Assembly (NCBI GenBank): GCA_000934665.2
Contig: KZ538799.1
Span: 1 to 46,853, forward strand
Direction of reading: 5' to 3'
Source of the DNA: Catajapyx aquilonaris
Lineage: Eukaryota
DNA: 46,853 bases
A program made the translations under genes and the position numbers. Under the pieces are notes generated by a model. The model was not told the origin of the DNA. It was given only the letters and a program-made list of their open reading frames with translations, and did no database searches. Positions 1 to 13,100 of the stretch are shown here, piece by piece; within the stretch, counting starts at the first letter, position 1; each line of letters starts with the position of its first letter.

Positions 1-2800
1 TGTGCAGCTACATAGCTGACGGGTTTTGGTGTCGTCAGCCATTTTCATTTCAATATGGCGGCACAATATGTGCACTTACCCCGGGTGTGCACTTCCCCCA
101 CTTCACCTTATGTTAAATGGTTTGTTCTTCACTTCATTTTTGAAAGTTTTTTTTTAAGAGTGCATTTGAAGGAATGGATATGCATACGGAAACTTCCTTC
201 TGTCGAATTACTTTACGTTGATATACGTGGCTGTTAATGTGCAATGGGCAGCTAGAAGCTTTCAGGGAAGAAATATATCACTTGCTTTATCAACACATGC
301 CTGGCGTTACTTTCAGAATCACTTACATTTTAAAGGATAAAAAATGAAAGCTTAAAGACTCGTGACAGTAATTCAGCATGTCACATTACTGACATTTTGG
401 CTGTGTATCGTGAACTCTCTTTTGTTTTTTTGTTTTCTGTGGTGATGCCAGCTGAAATGGTGTTGTTTCATGGTGTCGGCTGCCTGTAATGTAGAGGAAC
501 TTTCATTGTTATTATTTTTTTCCCAGCTATATTATATATCCATGGATCTTGCTAATTTCCAATGACTAACTGACAGGAGTTGGTAGAAAATTTGTTTTGT
601 GTTTCCATGACCCAAGAGTTACTTTGACTGGTTATTCACTCCCAACCGTCACTCATCATGCCACATTTTCCCAATCACGGGATCCTAGACATTGCCTTTT
701 TTTTTCTTAAATGCTATTAATTATTTTAATATTGTAAGATACTCTCTCCTCAGCCTTTTTTTAAACCTGCAAATATTAATCCTGCGAACTTCTTCATTGA
801 GCCTTTGTAATTAAGCAAGATGTTGTGCAAAAAGTAATAGCCCTTGTAATTATAATGTATATAATTATGTGCTTTTATATTCAGGAACTGTTTATTGACA
901 ATGATAAATACATTCGTTGCTGTGAATAATGCAGGACAGATACTTTTTTTGAAATAATTGATAGGGTTAAGAAGAAAAAAAACGTGAGGTCAGAGGTTCA
1001 CTTTGATTAGGAAGTGTCTGGCAGCGACAGTGAATGAGGGTCATGCGTTGCGATGAGTTCAACTATCAAAGCCAGTCTGGTGACACAATATTGTGTACCT
1101 GAAAGCATTGTAGTGGACTGTGTACCCCTGACACCCTGTGTCGGGGTTGAAAGGAGACTGGGACTTCGGGATAACTTCCTTGCAGATACAAAGTTTACGA
1201 GTGGGAGTTGTAAGTTAGTAGGATCCTTGGATATGTTGTATTTTGATTTTGTAATATTTGTACTTCTTTTTGTTCCTTTTTGTATATTCGGATGAAGGTT
1301 GTCATCATGCGGACATTTGTCATATTGACATGATTGTGTACATGTGACATACAAGAAATGTTATGCAACTGAGATTAGTTTTATTTCTCTCCTGCTGTCC
1401 TAGCACAAGAATTTCACATTGTCTGCACTCTTGTTGAACCAAATGTTGAGACAACAAAATGTGGTGACATTGTTAGACACTCACTCACGTTAGATATGTT
1501 ATCATTCTGGTTATGAAATAGTCATGAATACACAGTGTTAGTAGTTCACTAATGCTCCTTCACAAATGGAGCAAGTAATTATTATTTTTAAATGTACACT
1601 GTTATGAACAAGGGGGTTAAGGTCCGCAGGCCTGGAAGAAAAGTTTTTTTTTTTTCACGGCCAGATAGGTAGAACTCGTGGTGTCGGAGGTTCACATGCT
1701 TCACACTATCGCTCAGTAGAGGATGCTGCTGCTTCCACGTGACCTGTACCGTTGCGATGATGAGGCTGCGTCGGTGGCTCTTGCGTCTTGGTCTGGGTGG
1801 GGAGAAGAAGATAGGGAGATTGGTCGCCATGGCGGTCGTGCAAAGCGTTGGGGTGAGGCGGTGTCTCAAGAAAGACTCCCAAACAAAAAAAAATGCAGCA
1901 TAACTTGCATAACTGGGCAGCTCGGGAAGAGTGGTCCTTCAGGGGCCACCAAATATTCAAGCATTTTGAAAGCAGTTCCAGTTATGCAAGTTTTTTCTGG
2001 TAGGCAAATTCCATGACAAAATGTGTGAAGTACAAAGTGTAACCGTATCGGGGTACTAATTAAAAGACTGCTATGACAGTATTAACTGGTGGGTTGTTCT
2101 GTTGCATCACTTTGAGACAATAACAATAATACAATAAGCAAATAATTACAACCCACAATTTCATATCAAAGTGTGTCTAATGACGTACTATTGTAAATAT
2201 GCCAAAGAGATTTTTTCCTTGTGTTCATACTACTGGTCCGATATTTCATGAAGCATTTATTCACACGATGTGCAGCTTGTGACTTGTGTCTCGGTGGGAG
2301 ACAAGTGAGACCAGTATTGTTTGTAATATTTTGATTGCATGATTTAAACATGCAAGTGCATTTTGTCATGGAATTATGACGTTGCGGAAAAAATGAACAC
2401 AGATTGGTAGACCAGGCCCCAGGTTTGTTCTGTGTGGCTGTGCTTCCCAGGAGAACCTCCGCAGCATTTTGAGATGGCATTGTCTTCCAATTATTGTTAA
2501 TCATTATCAGGCAATATATTCCAGGGTCACTCGGCAAGACGAAGGTTATTGACTTATGTAAACATGGATGCTGGGAACTTCCAGGTAGCACAGCCATGAG
2601 ATGTTTTTTTTTGAAAACGCCATTGGATGAAAAGAAGCCACAAGGACCAGTGAGGCTGCAACAACATTCTACACTACACCAGGAGCCATTTTTTTCGCTT
2701 GCAACGTACACTGCTCTATGTATACTCTATGCTATACCGTGTAATGACATAGTGCTACCATCAATAACTTGATCAATTGACTACTAATGGATTGTTGATT

Positions 2801-2946
2801 GCGGGAGAGCCCCCAGAAAACCCGTGTGAACATAGAGAGAACCCATTAAAACATTATACATGAATTATTCTGCCTGATCCAGGATTGAACTTGGACCTCC
2901 GAGGTGGAAGGCTGTAACGCTAACATCTACATCACTATGCCGCACC
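2801..2946 (-). mobile_element. Decayed tRNA-derived SINE head
   Basis: Minus strand shows an A-box-like TAGTGATGTAGATGTTAGC, then B box GTTCAATCCT (2881-2890), then GTTCTCTCTATGTTCACACGGGTTTTCTGGGGGCTC, which resembles a V-type SINE central domain. Confidence 0.55.
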
Positions 2947-3836
2947 AAGCTCTTGGTATACCGTATTAGCAACACAAGTAATCTATCAATGCTTCAGGCA
3001 TGACTAGTTGTTAAGGCGTGTGATGTAACAATAACTTCCTGATAAAAATATTTTGGGGATGATAAGTACTGTGCGGAAAACGAAACGACGATCTGACGCC
3101 ATCATCACAAAACTATATGAGTAAACATCGCCAACAAAAAGAACATTGTTTACTCCTATTGTTGCATGAGAACAAAATGATGTGTCAGATCGTTTCGTTT
3201 CGTTTTCCGCACTGCGATATTCATAATTGGTTGCTTCTTTTTTTTCCTTAGGACTGCAGTGCATGGATACAACAACGTATAATGAAAGCGAAAAACAATT
3301 GCTCTTGAGCAGCACAGTTTGTGTCAAGTGCTCTGGCCCTCATGAATAGACCCCAATGTTCACACATTGTTAGCTGTTTTTGTTGCGTTAAAATCTTTGC
3401 TACCAATAAGTGTGAACCATAGTTTTTGTTTTTTGTGCCAGGAAAAAAACAGGCAGAAAACCACTGTGCCAATGTGCTGGAGGCCGAACTTAATGTCTGA
3501 TACCCTACTTGATCTTAATTAACCAAGTTGATTGCATGACCGGCGGGTCGGGGAGAGGGACCCCATGGTGATAAATTAAGTTTTGCGACTTGTTAAACAT
3601 TGTTAAGGCAGGAATTTGGCACCAGTAGCATATAAAGCTCTGTTAATCAAGAAAGTTTGAGTTAGTTTAAATCACAGATTAGTCGTGAGTAGCCCATTGT
3701 TTCCCCTGAGGGTGGCCGCCCTTTGTGGAGGAGGGCGGCCCCCCTTGCCGCCCTTGGTGGAGGGCCGGGCCTTGGGGTGGGCCATCATCATTTGCTTTTG
3801 TCGCACTTGCAAAGGGGTCCCCTTCCCCGCCGCGGG

Positions 3837-3961
3837 TCACAGGTCCGTCCCTGCTTTCCGTCGCTTCCGGAGACAAGCCCAGGTCAGCCCCAGGCAGACC
3901 AGCAGTAGGAGCACCGCTGCCAGCAGCACGAAGAACAGGCTGCGGAATGGCTCGTTGGATG
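3837..3961 (-). CDS. Carboxylesterase exon 10 (transmembrane helix + cytoplasmic tail)
   Basis: ttccag|[40 protein letters not shown]; hydrophobic run followed by a basic stop-transfer cluster, TGA at 3837-3839. Confidence 0.82.
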
Positions 3962-6900
3962 CTGGAAAGGTCATAGGTCAGTACACTTAACTTGTGAGCA
4001 TCGCCAAGTAGTGATTAAACACACCTTCTCTAACATATGCTGTGGTTGCAGGATACCCGTTGTACCCAGGGTACCCTACTTCTCCTGGCTGCGGACTGAA
4101 GGCACCCAAGTTGTTGATCCTCGGCAGGAAGTTGTTCCAGAAGTTTGACCTGTACGGGAGGTATCCTCGCTGCAACCTGTCCTCGTCTAGAAGGTAGTAG
4201 AACTGGTCCCCGACACCATACGGAGCCCATCGGACACCGTATGTGGTTGGAGTTGGGTCCCCATTCTGGACAAAGTTGACCCACTGCCTCTTGATCCTGT
4301 CGCTTATCTCTCTCTCACGAGGGCTGAAGTCTCGGCCAACTACAGCAAGGTCAGGATTAGTCATGAGCTATGCAGGAGTCCTGGAAATTGACTCACCTTG
4401 GAACCGATAGACGCTTGGCCCAAGTAGGTACAGGAGTATGGTTCCATGTGGGGCACCGGTGACATTGATGACAGATCCGTATATATCTGGTCCAGGGTAT
4501 CCCAGTGCATAGGCATAGGTCAGTGATGCGGCTGCTCCTTGACTGGCCAGCTGGAGGAACTTTGCTTGCGGGGCTACAAAGTGCACCTCGGTGTAGAACT
4601 GAATTGGAGACAACAGGTAATATCACGTATAAGTGGTGCATTGCGACTTGATAGCATGTTGATTTGAGACAAGCTGAACATAGCACTAACATCAATGAGC
4701 TGCTCCAGGAGTGTGTGCCGCCCATCATTGGTCTCCTCGACAAAGACGAACTTGAGGATCTCCATGTTGGTGAACCAGTTGGCGTCCAGTCCAGCTTGCG
4801 TCATGGCTTGAGGTATGGCTCCATTCTCGAAAAACTTCTTTATTGCTGAGGCTGAGGTGTGCAGCAGCTCTGGCGTTTGATCTGACAAGTCACATGGGAA
4901 CATTAAATGTGTTGCTAATATCTTTGTTGGACATCATTGCATACTCTAACAGGAATGTGCAAATCTCATTAGCTTCATGGTGCGATTAATGATGTGAGAC
5001 TCTCAATACACTAATACTCACAGAGGAAGAGGACCCCATCGTGAGAGCTGACACCAGAGAGCACAGGTATCCTGACAAAGTCTCCTCGGGTGAGGGCAAC
5101 CTCTGGGGGCACCGGGAGGTACTGGAAGCCCTCTGGCAGGAAGGAGTCGACCACAGGCAGGAAGAGCTCAGTGGAGTTGCCCACCCGGTAGCTCTTGTCC
5201 AGGGCACGCATCATGGCATCCAGGTCCCTGCTCCTGAGGCAGTCCAGGAGGGCCTCTGTGTCCTCAAACAGACAGTTCAGGTCACGAGCAAAGCCCAGGG
5301 CAGCACTTCGGGGTCTGCGGCTCAGCGCCCATGGACTCAGGGCACTACCTGACATCAGGATCACTTGCTGGAACAAGCCTGGAATGGCATTTTGCATGAG
5401 TATGGAAATAATGACTTGTTGATGTCCGATTCTGGTATCTGCAGTGTGATGGCAAGATGTACCATACCTTGAGTCCTGGGCGAGAGCATGTGCAGTGCTG
5501 CGCTGGCTGCTCCTGCCGAGTGCCCCATTAGCGTGACTCTGTTGATGTCCCCTCCAAACCTGTCGATGTTGTCCCTGACCCACCTCAGGGCCAGGTACTG
5601 ATCCAGGAGGCCCAGGTTGCCTGGAGACAGTGCGTTCTCCAGACAGAAGAAACCTAATGCATACATAGGTAAAAGGAGGGATAAAATTTAGATTACGTGC
5701 ACCGAGTGAAGAGGACTGGGATGTACTGTACCAAGTACGTTGAGCCTGTAGTTGACTGATACGACTATGACTCCTTCGGCAACCAGGTCCTCTGCCGGGA
5801 AACGTGCTGGATATCCAAAAGTGAACAGCTCTCCTTCCAGGAATACCACCACTGGGATTGGACGGAATCCCACTGGGTACTGGAAGAGCAACACAAATGG
5901 ATCAACTCTACCATGTGCGGGTGTCTCACACAGTATATACGTACCTCTGGTATCCATATGTTGAGTGTGAGACAGTCTTCGGAGGAGGAGGCCTGGTACG
6001 ACCCTGGTTGCGGACACGCCTGACCATAACGGGTCGCTGCCAGGGTGCGATTCCAGCCTGGGTGACGCTCTGGAGGCTGCGTAAGGTCATACAAGCATGT
6101 CCATAAAAATGATTTGAAAGTAGTCAAAACATGCAGGGTGATCACTGCCCCAGTTTATGGTTCAAGATGTTAATAAAAGTTCCAGCGCCCAGTTAAAAAT
6201 GATAATCAACAATTCAATATTATTATTGCTGCAATGAGAAGTTAGAGACATGATGTTCTTGGAGCGTGGACTTGGACAGTGCATTACCCTGTACATTTAA
6301 GTCATATAAATATTTAAACAGATGCGGACCGTGTAATAAAGCAAACTGCAATGCTGACAACTGTTATGAATTCCACGCTACCTGTCATTTTTTTAATGGC
6401 TCCATTCACTATTCATTATTTCCATATTATATAATTAGTCAGTAGTTGGTACTGTAAACTGCAGGGTTGGCTGAACACCTGCTTGATTATTCTGGTTCTC
6501 CAAACAAACAAGATGAAACCAGAGAAATATCGGGCAGCATTATTAGAGCTTATGAAGCAGTATTTAATTGTGTGAACATTATTTTTGTTTTATTTTTACA
6601 ACTACAAAATCTAAGGCAATATCCTTCATAATTAAATGGAGGTGTTTTGGGCGGAAGTTTTTAACTGGTCCAGTTCATTTCAATAAACCAAAGTCACTTT
6701 GCAGGATAACCGACCACAACATCACGAAACAATTGTTTGAAAATTTAACGCCGTTCAACATGAATAGGATCGGGAAAGGCCCTCGTAAAGGTTAACGATT
6801 TTTAAAGGTTAAACTTGAGTAACAATAGATGGGGGAGAGTGTGTTGAAGGAATGTCTTGGTTACTTGGATGTGGTCGAAAATGAAGCAAGGTTGATTCAG

Positions 6901-7117
6901 TCGGAACCGAAGTGGAAGAGGAGGTGGAGGAGGGATGGTGGGTGTTGTTGGGTGCGGTTAGGGTTGTCTTTAACAAAAAAAAAAATTAAAGCCAGAAAAA
7001 ATTAAAAGGATCCTCACCCGGAAGCGCAGGTTTCCTACGGGTGGTTTGGCGTACGGGATTCCCAGGAAACCGTAAACCAAGCTGCGTCGACTCGAGTAGA
7101 AAGGAACCTGGAATTTG

Positions 7118-7186
<69 letters not shown>

Positions 7187-10100
7187 GGTCCACTTGTATC
7201 AACAGACATTTAAAAATATTCTGATTATGGTCCACAGTTATACCGACAGAAAAATTACCTGTATGGAATATTTTTGACAGCATTGTTGACAAACTTTTCT
7301 GGCTCTTTTCCAGCCGGATATATTTTTGAATGGATGTGGTGCAATTGGACCGATGTATTTCGAATCGACATACATTCAATGTAGCCTATATGATATCTAA
7401 GAACCTCTCAGTTGAATTCGCACAACTGGATCTCAGAGAGTGTCTTCCATTTGAATTTTTGGCTGTTCAATCAACCGGGATTTGCTGGAGGTGGAAATAA
7501 TCATTGAAAGCGACAGACGTCAGCTAGCAGTGTTGCATCTCTTTCGATCAGGTGAGGGTTGAATGCCCTTTGTCACCATCGCGGCATCACTTGTTGCTTG
7601 GATGCCCATCCGACCATGCCACTTATTTCGATTGGTCCAATTTGTCATTTACATGAAAAGGGGGGGGGGGGNGGGGGAATTTCAATCCACGTTTTGAGCC
7701 GAAACTTCCGGAGCCATCGGGGGGTTCACGACCCCAGCATCTCTTCCGGTTCATTAACTATCTATATATATGTATCCATTGAAATTATTTGCATAGTTGT
7801 GTAGCATGCAGCGACTAATGAACCCAGATCTCCTGATAGACTCTTGTTGGCACTACTGACCCTGATGCCAGCAGAATGAGAGAGAGAAAAAAGTAGGGCA
7901 AGAAGAGTGCAAGCGGAAAAAATTGCGAGCCCCGCGTACAGCACGTATACTATATACTCGTAATACGTGTTCGGCATGAGGCTGCTGCACACATATGGCC
8001 AGTCATGTGTAGAGTCCGCAATTCCGGAAGCGATGCAGTCTAGTGTGCTGGCCTGCTGGCGATTATAACAATGGTGGAGAAGGGGGGAAGGGGGGCGACA
8101 CACATAACAGCCTTGTGGTCACCCTAACGACCATCGAGTCACCACTGTGCTGGGGGATTGGATGGTCGAGCTACTAGGGAAACACTATATAGTCACGCCT
8201 CTTTCCTTTTTGTCCGATTGTTTACGTAACCCCAGGGGACCGCGAAGAGAGTGAATAATATCACGTTTGCGCAAAGGCTGTCGATTTTCGCACACTCTTT
8301 TCGCCAATGCACGACTGTACAAACCAGTCATGTTTATACTGTACCGGTACTTCATTTGCAGTACAAAGTATGAAATTGGCATTACAATCCTATATGCTAA
8401 TCCTCTTATTCTGTCTGCCCGCTTCCTTGTCCGTGTTGACTCATCACCAACGTGCATGTAGTACTACTACTTTCCCCCTGAGAGTGGCAGTAGTGTGCAG
8501 AGGGAGAGCATATGCGCCAGCTGGTAGGGGCCTATGTATACTACTTCCAAGTGGGGGAGGAGTTTCAAATAACTATGGGCCGAATTCAGAGAGGTAGCTT
8601 AACGTAAACGCGCCCGATTAAATCCTTTAGTCAGCCTCGATTAGCAAATTTAATCAACCTGCTAATACGGCGATTAGCGCTAAACGCCCCCTAATCGCAC
8701 TTGCTAGCACTTTTAAATTTGTTATCGAGGATGACTAAAGGATTTAATCGGGCGCGTTTACGTTAAGCAACCTCTCTGAATTCGGCCCTATAAGTTTTGC
8801 TTGATTTAAAAAACAGCTGGAGCTCGTGGAAATTTCCATATTATTTTCTCACGGACGCGACGGCACCGATGCTAAATATAATCCTGTTGGATCTGCAAAT
8901 AGCCGCCGATCCTCGTGACCCCAAAGGGTCAGAAATCTCCCACGTGCGATTGAGGTCGCGACCTTCCCGCGCACCCAGACCGCGTGCGAACAAACCGTGC
9001 GAAAGAAACGCGTCCGATTCCCCTCTGGTGGGAATCGTACAAACAAGAGGAGACGACCTCTCTGGCGTGCGCACTTCTTTTTTTGATGGTCTTCTGCATG
9101 GCCCCTCCTCTAATTAGGTGAGTGTGTTGAGGCGGCGGTGTGACCTTAGCGTGCTGCCAATTCCGAAAGAGAACAAGACAACGATTGTCTCCGGATGAGA
9201 GGATGATGATGATGATGACGACCATAGGAGACCTTGGGCACACCGGACACAATGGTGTGTCCCTATATACAAAAAATTAAGGCCTGCTCGCCATCTTCGT
9301 CGGCTCTTTTTTTGCACGCCTGTCCAAAGCTGCTTGGACTCTTAATTGCACCTTTAAAATAGGCCTACATATAAAAAGGAGTGGAGGAGCAGGCTGGAGG
9401 GACCTTCCTTCTTCCGGCTTGGGATTATTGGCGAATCGGTTGTTTTTTTGCGATCGGAGGGTTTTCCCACGGGTAGAACCGGTTCATAAACGGATGGCAT
9501 TTTATTCAAATTGGAAGTCGTGCGGCTACCTGTTTATACCGAGAAATTTTTAGCCAATTTTTTTTTACCGGAACAAATTCGTATTCACATGGCCCAACAT
9601 TAAGCGATAGAGAAAATGCGCAAAAATTCTAAGAGAGGGTGGTGCATTGGCCTAGAGCAGTGCAAGATTGTTCACTCCAGCAACTCGTTTGAGAAGTAAG
9701 AAAAAAAAAGAAGAATTAAAAGTGCGGTAAACTGGTGAGATGGCAAAAAAATTTTCACAACCTTCACTAACTCACTTCCAAGAAATCATAGGTTTAAATA
9801 ATGTACAGGGTGGTGCAAGGTCACACAATCCAGAAGGGGGTGAAGTTACGGATTGTTCACACTAGCAACTATTACTTCAAACAAGCTTTACCGTTGCTTT
9901 TAAAAGCGGGGTTCAGATTTACAGGCGATTAGAAATAACCGCATTAAACGTCGTTTGTGACTTTGCCCGGAGGCATTGCTTTATGAATTGATCATTGTTG
10001 CAGGAGTAATAACTTTAATGATACAGTATTAACATCGGTTTCTCTCTAAATATTCGCGTACTTTTTTTTTCCTTCTCCCTTTCCCATGCCTTTTTCGTTA

Positions 10101-13100
10101 CGTCCTAATAACCATTAAGGGGAAATGGTTATCTCCGCAACACATACTTTGGATGAAAAAGGTGCATAAAAAAAGTGTCCTCGGGGGCAACATAAGCCGA
10201 TCAATTGTTTTGCTTGGGAAAAAAGCTAGAGACTGTTTTATTGGGTTAGTGTTGCAGCTGTATAACGACATTTGCGTCGCGATATCAACAATCCCACCGA
10301 CTTTGTACTCGATTTAACAGTGTAGCCTACATATGCAGAGCGGTTCCCTATACGCAACTCCAAAGTTCAAGACTTTTCAGATCATGAATTCCAGAAGCAA
10401 CTTTAGAGAGAAGCAAACACATAAAACGGTCTATTGTCAGTCGTAAATGATGAACCTTGTAATCCTCAGAGACCTGATTACCTAATGCTGAGTGCACCAA
10501 CAGTGCTCACGACTAACCTTGGTCTTCATTTAGGATTGTAAATTCCGGCAAATGGCTTTTACCAGCCAGGTATATATTACCATATTTAGGAAAAGGGCGA
10601 TGAGAAGAATGGGAGATTTCGGACAGATATTCACGTCACGTGAGGCTGCTTCGTGAACCAATTTTTTTATTTTCATTCCATGTAAATCATTTTGCGACGT
10701 AACGCGATTATTTAAGCTGCCATAACATGACCTCTTCCATTCTTTTTCTAGAATAGAAATCTGGCCCGTATTATGAAGAGGACCTTGCAAAATCGGACGT
10801 GCTATAATTATACATAACATGTTTTCAACTTCTATTCATTGCAACGCATCATAACGCTGGTTGTCCTAAACTGAGCAATTAATTGAATTGTTTTATGGCC
10901 TTAGCGAAGAACCACGTTTGCCAACTTACTCAATTTAGCAAATCCTTCCTTTCAATCGCAATCGCGGGGATGATTTACTGCTAGGAAAATTGAAGGAATT
11001 AGTATAGGAAGACATTGCTGGGTTTATGGCATTCGGATTAATAAGGAACTGATTTGCTCCACTATAACTTGCGTCAACTATTGCCAAATAACATAAATTG
11101 ATTATTTTTTCAATTTTAAACAAATGAGTGCTAATATTTTAATTAATGCGCTGCACCATCTAGGTTTGCGATCAGAAATCTCACCCACTTATTTTAAAGC
11201 ATTTAATAATATTAAGTGCGATGCATCTCAAATACATGAAACAGCAGATTGTTCCACATTGTACAGTTTACACCGTCCATCTATATAGAGGCCCCTTTGT
11301 TTCAGAGTAAGTCATGTCTTGTTCTTTTAAGACACGCAATTTTATTTTATTTTGCCAGAATAGGTCCACCCCCCTGATGGGTAACCACTAATTTTCAGCA
11401 GTACTTTTTTTTTCCTCTCTTTCAAAATAGCTTACTATACCTCCTGCTGCCGGACTTGAAAATAAACGACCTCATTGCTTTTTTAATAGACAGTGATTCG
11501 GCGAGGATGACACCCCCGTAATAAGTACGTGTACCGTACCCATCAAGCAAGCCGCACCTTAGGAAGTTACGAGTTGGTAATCACAAAATGAAAATGAGTG
11601 ACACGTTACGACGATCCGACCTTGGGACAACTCCCTTTGAAATATTTTTTTTGTGTGTGTGTCTGTTGTGTTTGGACCAGCTTGGAAGGTCCATTGGTGC
11701 TGCGAACAGGTGGTAAATCGCCTGCAATTCTTTGAATGACAAGCAACCCCGAGGGTGTCCGGTCCCAATTGGCGAATCCCCCCCACCAAGGTCACAGATC
11801 TGCCAAAATGGAGGGCGTGTCCCATCCATGGATGATCTTCCTTCCTTCCTTCCTTCCTTGAACTTGTTATGGAAATTGACAGGGTGAATCCTTGACCGTC
11901 GAATAATCAGGCTTGAAGGTGAGTCCCTTGTGCAATTCGACTCATCAGTTGGGTGTGTTGCAAATGGGAATACACATAAAAAAAAGAAAAGGAGAGGAGG
12001 GAAGCGTATTTGTCACAACTACTTCCTCCATTGAGCAATTCAGCCCCAGATGAGGTAGTCACCTGTTTTTTGCGAAGCCTTGCCGATCTGTTTGGCAACG
12101 CAAATCAAGATCGGAGCTTATATGAGGCAAGTCGTAAAAAAAAAGGAAACAGTGTCAAGGTCTCTGGTTTTTGTCCATATGGGAATGAGTCCCTCACTTT
12201 GCCTTTTATTCATAGCACGTCACTTTTGCGAATTTTTATTTTCGCAATTCGCTGCGGGAACGGTTCATTCAAACTGGCCGCTATTGTGCTTCACCGTGTC
12301 GTCGTTTGCGTGTCCCGATTTGCACATGATGGGGGATTCACGACATTGACACTCTTGTTAAGACTTGGGACAATCTGGCGGCTCCAATCGCTGGAAAAAT
12401 TGCGATTGTGATGGTTCTGCGATGCTGCATTGAAAACCGGGATCATTCAAGAATCAATCTAACCTTGCACATCATTTTTCGCTCGATATTTAATATTCTG
12501 TTACATTGAACTTGGACAGCACATCACTCTGCATATCTCAACATTAATATGAAGCTAATTTTTACGGTAAATGACTCGACGGAGAAGGTACCATTAAAAT
12601 TCCGCAACTCAATCCCAAATGGTGTTGCCCAAACACAACTTAATAACAATTATTGATAGTAAATTTAGCGCAGGGCCTGCTAAGCATTTACACTGCAACG
12701 TGGTTTGAGATGCTGGTCATGTACGATGCATTTCGAAATGCAGATAAAGGTTTGCACGCCAAAATCTTGGGAGGTCGTTTTGTCCGTCGCCGTATTCACC
12801 TGTCATATTTTTTAGGGAGACAGTGTGTAATATGACCGCTTTTTTTTTTAGATAAGCAGCTTATGAGAGGAATAATAAACGTGTACGAATCAGTATTCAT
12901 GGCTGTTCATGTCGCGTTACAGCTGACGTAAGTTGTAATGCATTATCATGGGGTTATCTGGACATGACTTGTGTGGTATATGCTACTTCTTTTTAAAAGC
13001 AGCTGTTTAAAAGTGGGTCAAAATCAAACAAAATAGACCGAGCCTAAAATGTCTGCACACGACAGTGTTCTCTGCAGCTATTTATAATGCAGGTATAGTG

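Noticed and set aside
1..930. T-rich stretch resembling the 3' UTR of an upstream gene
   Set aside because: Plausible, but no coding exon or unambiguous signal in the window supports it
2166..2711. 181-aa minus-strand ORF
   Set aside because: No recognisable motif, no ATG at the annotated start, composition like random AT-rich DNA
2801..2946. Functional tRNA gene
   Set aside because: A box degenerate, no closed cloverleaf, and it continues into SINE-like sequence
11894..11948. Hammerhead-like CTGATGA followed by a 7-bp stem (GTCGAAT...ATTCGAC) on the minus strand
   Set aside because: The stem is followed by GGTC rather than the essential GAAA, and I could not form stems I/III
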